Assembly (NCBI GenBank): GCA_963817955.1
Contig: CAWFQK010000002.1
Span: forward strand, 512,001-576,000
Length of the DNA: 64,000 bases
Source of the DNA: an uncultured Gemmatimonadaceae bacterium
GTDB lineage: Bacteria > Gemmatimonadota > Gemmatimonadetes > Gemmatimonadales > Gemmatimonadaceae
Reading direction: 5' to 3'
How positions within the stretch are numbered: the first letter of the stretch is position 1; each line of letters opens with the position of its first letter. Shown here in pieces: positions 63,313 through 64,000 of this stretch. The position numbers and the translations under genes are program-made. The notes beneath the pieces were generated by a model that saw only the letters and a list, made by a program, of their open reading frames with translations, was not told where the DNA came from and did no database searches.

Positions 63313-64000
63313 TGTCCATCGAGCTGCGCATTCTCAGCGGCGCGCGCGCTGGGCAGCGCGAGCTGTTCGAGAAGTCGGTCATCGCCGTCGGTCGTCATCC
63401 GATGAGCGATCTCCGGTTCGATGCGACCGGCGACCTTGATGTGTCGACCGTACACGGCGAGGTCCGCGGCGTCGGCGGCCGCTACGCCGTACAAGACCTG
63501 CAGAGCACCAATGGTACGTTCGTGAACGGCGAACGCGTGCCGCCGGGTGGAACGCGCGATTTGCGTGACGGCGACGTCATCGGCTTCGGCGCGCATGGTC
63601 CAACGGTATTGGTGCGCATCGGCGGGCGACGCGAAACACCGATCGGCGAAAAGGTCACGCAGGCCATGGAGACGCCCGCGTTCGGAGGCACCGCAATTTC
63701 CCCCGCCGGATCGCCGCGGCGACTACCGACCAGCGAGCGCGTGGCGATCGCCGTGCGTGAACAGACGCGCGGGCTCAAGATGATCATCGCCAGCGCGGTG
63801 ATCGTGATGGGCGGATTCGCGGCAACGGTATTCTGGATGGACCGGCGCGACGCCTCGGCGCGCGCCGCGGACATTCAGGCATTGGTCGCGGCAAACGGAC
63901 AGGCGTCCAAGGAATTTCAGGTGCGGTTGGCGGGCATGGCCGACACGAGCCTCACGAACGCGCTCCGCCGCACCAACGACAGTCTGCTCCGCACCGCCCA
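63312..64000 (+). CDS. FHA-domain membrane protein, truncated by the window edge
   Basis: Not in the ORF track; MSIELRILSG..VGRHP..VSTVHG..DLQSTNGTFVNG, then a TM; ATG overlaps the PP2C stop. Confidence 0.85.
   Translation, partial: MSIELRILSGARAGQRELFEKSVIAVGRHPMSDLRFDATGDLDVSTVHGEVRGVGGRYAVQDLQSTNGTFVNGERVPPGGTRDLRDGDVIGFGAHGPTVLVRIGGRRETPIGEKVTQAMETPAFGGTAISPAGSPRRLPTSERVAIAVREQTRGLKMIIASAVIVMGGFAATVFWMDRRDASARAADIQALVAANGQASKEFQVRLAGMADTSLTNALRRTNDSLLRTA

Overview
A GC-rich bacterial window. The gene repertoire (PadR/ADOP permeases, Ser/Thr kinase-FHA-PP2C operon, class II RNR, small lipoproteins) suggests Gemmatimonadota; this is inference only. Left to right: (1) a REP-like inverted repeat and an 18-bp tandem array; (2) a minus-strand operon (MerA/Lpd-like oxidoreductase, radical SAM, metallophosphoesterase, MFS, TIGR04283-like glycosyltransferase) divergent from a DedA/TVP38 gene and a GrdB/PrdB-like selenoprotein with an in-frame UGA and a SECIS-like hairpin; (3) an Xre-RES toxin-antitoxin pair, a damaged ECF sigma/anti-sigma/Spy-like locus, trmL and a DinB-family gene; (4) a defence region with a type I R-M operon carrying rhuM and a DUF4365 gene pair, hipBA, higBA and a mosaic of gene fragments and 21-nt-period repeats; (5) two paralogous modules of a TPR-like protein plus an AraC-like regulator, one with a 61-aa Cys-closed lipopeptide and the other between ABC permeases and a beta-propeller; (6) an RraA/aminotransferase/DAACS/LeuCD-like catabolic operon; (7) amtB, an intein-containing nrdJ, envelope genes and a Ser/Thr signalling operon that runs off the right edge. 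Many single-base frameshifts suggest long-read consensus error. All family calls come from motif recognition by eye; no searches were run.
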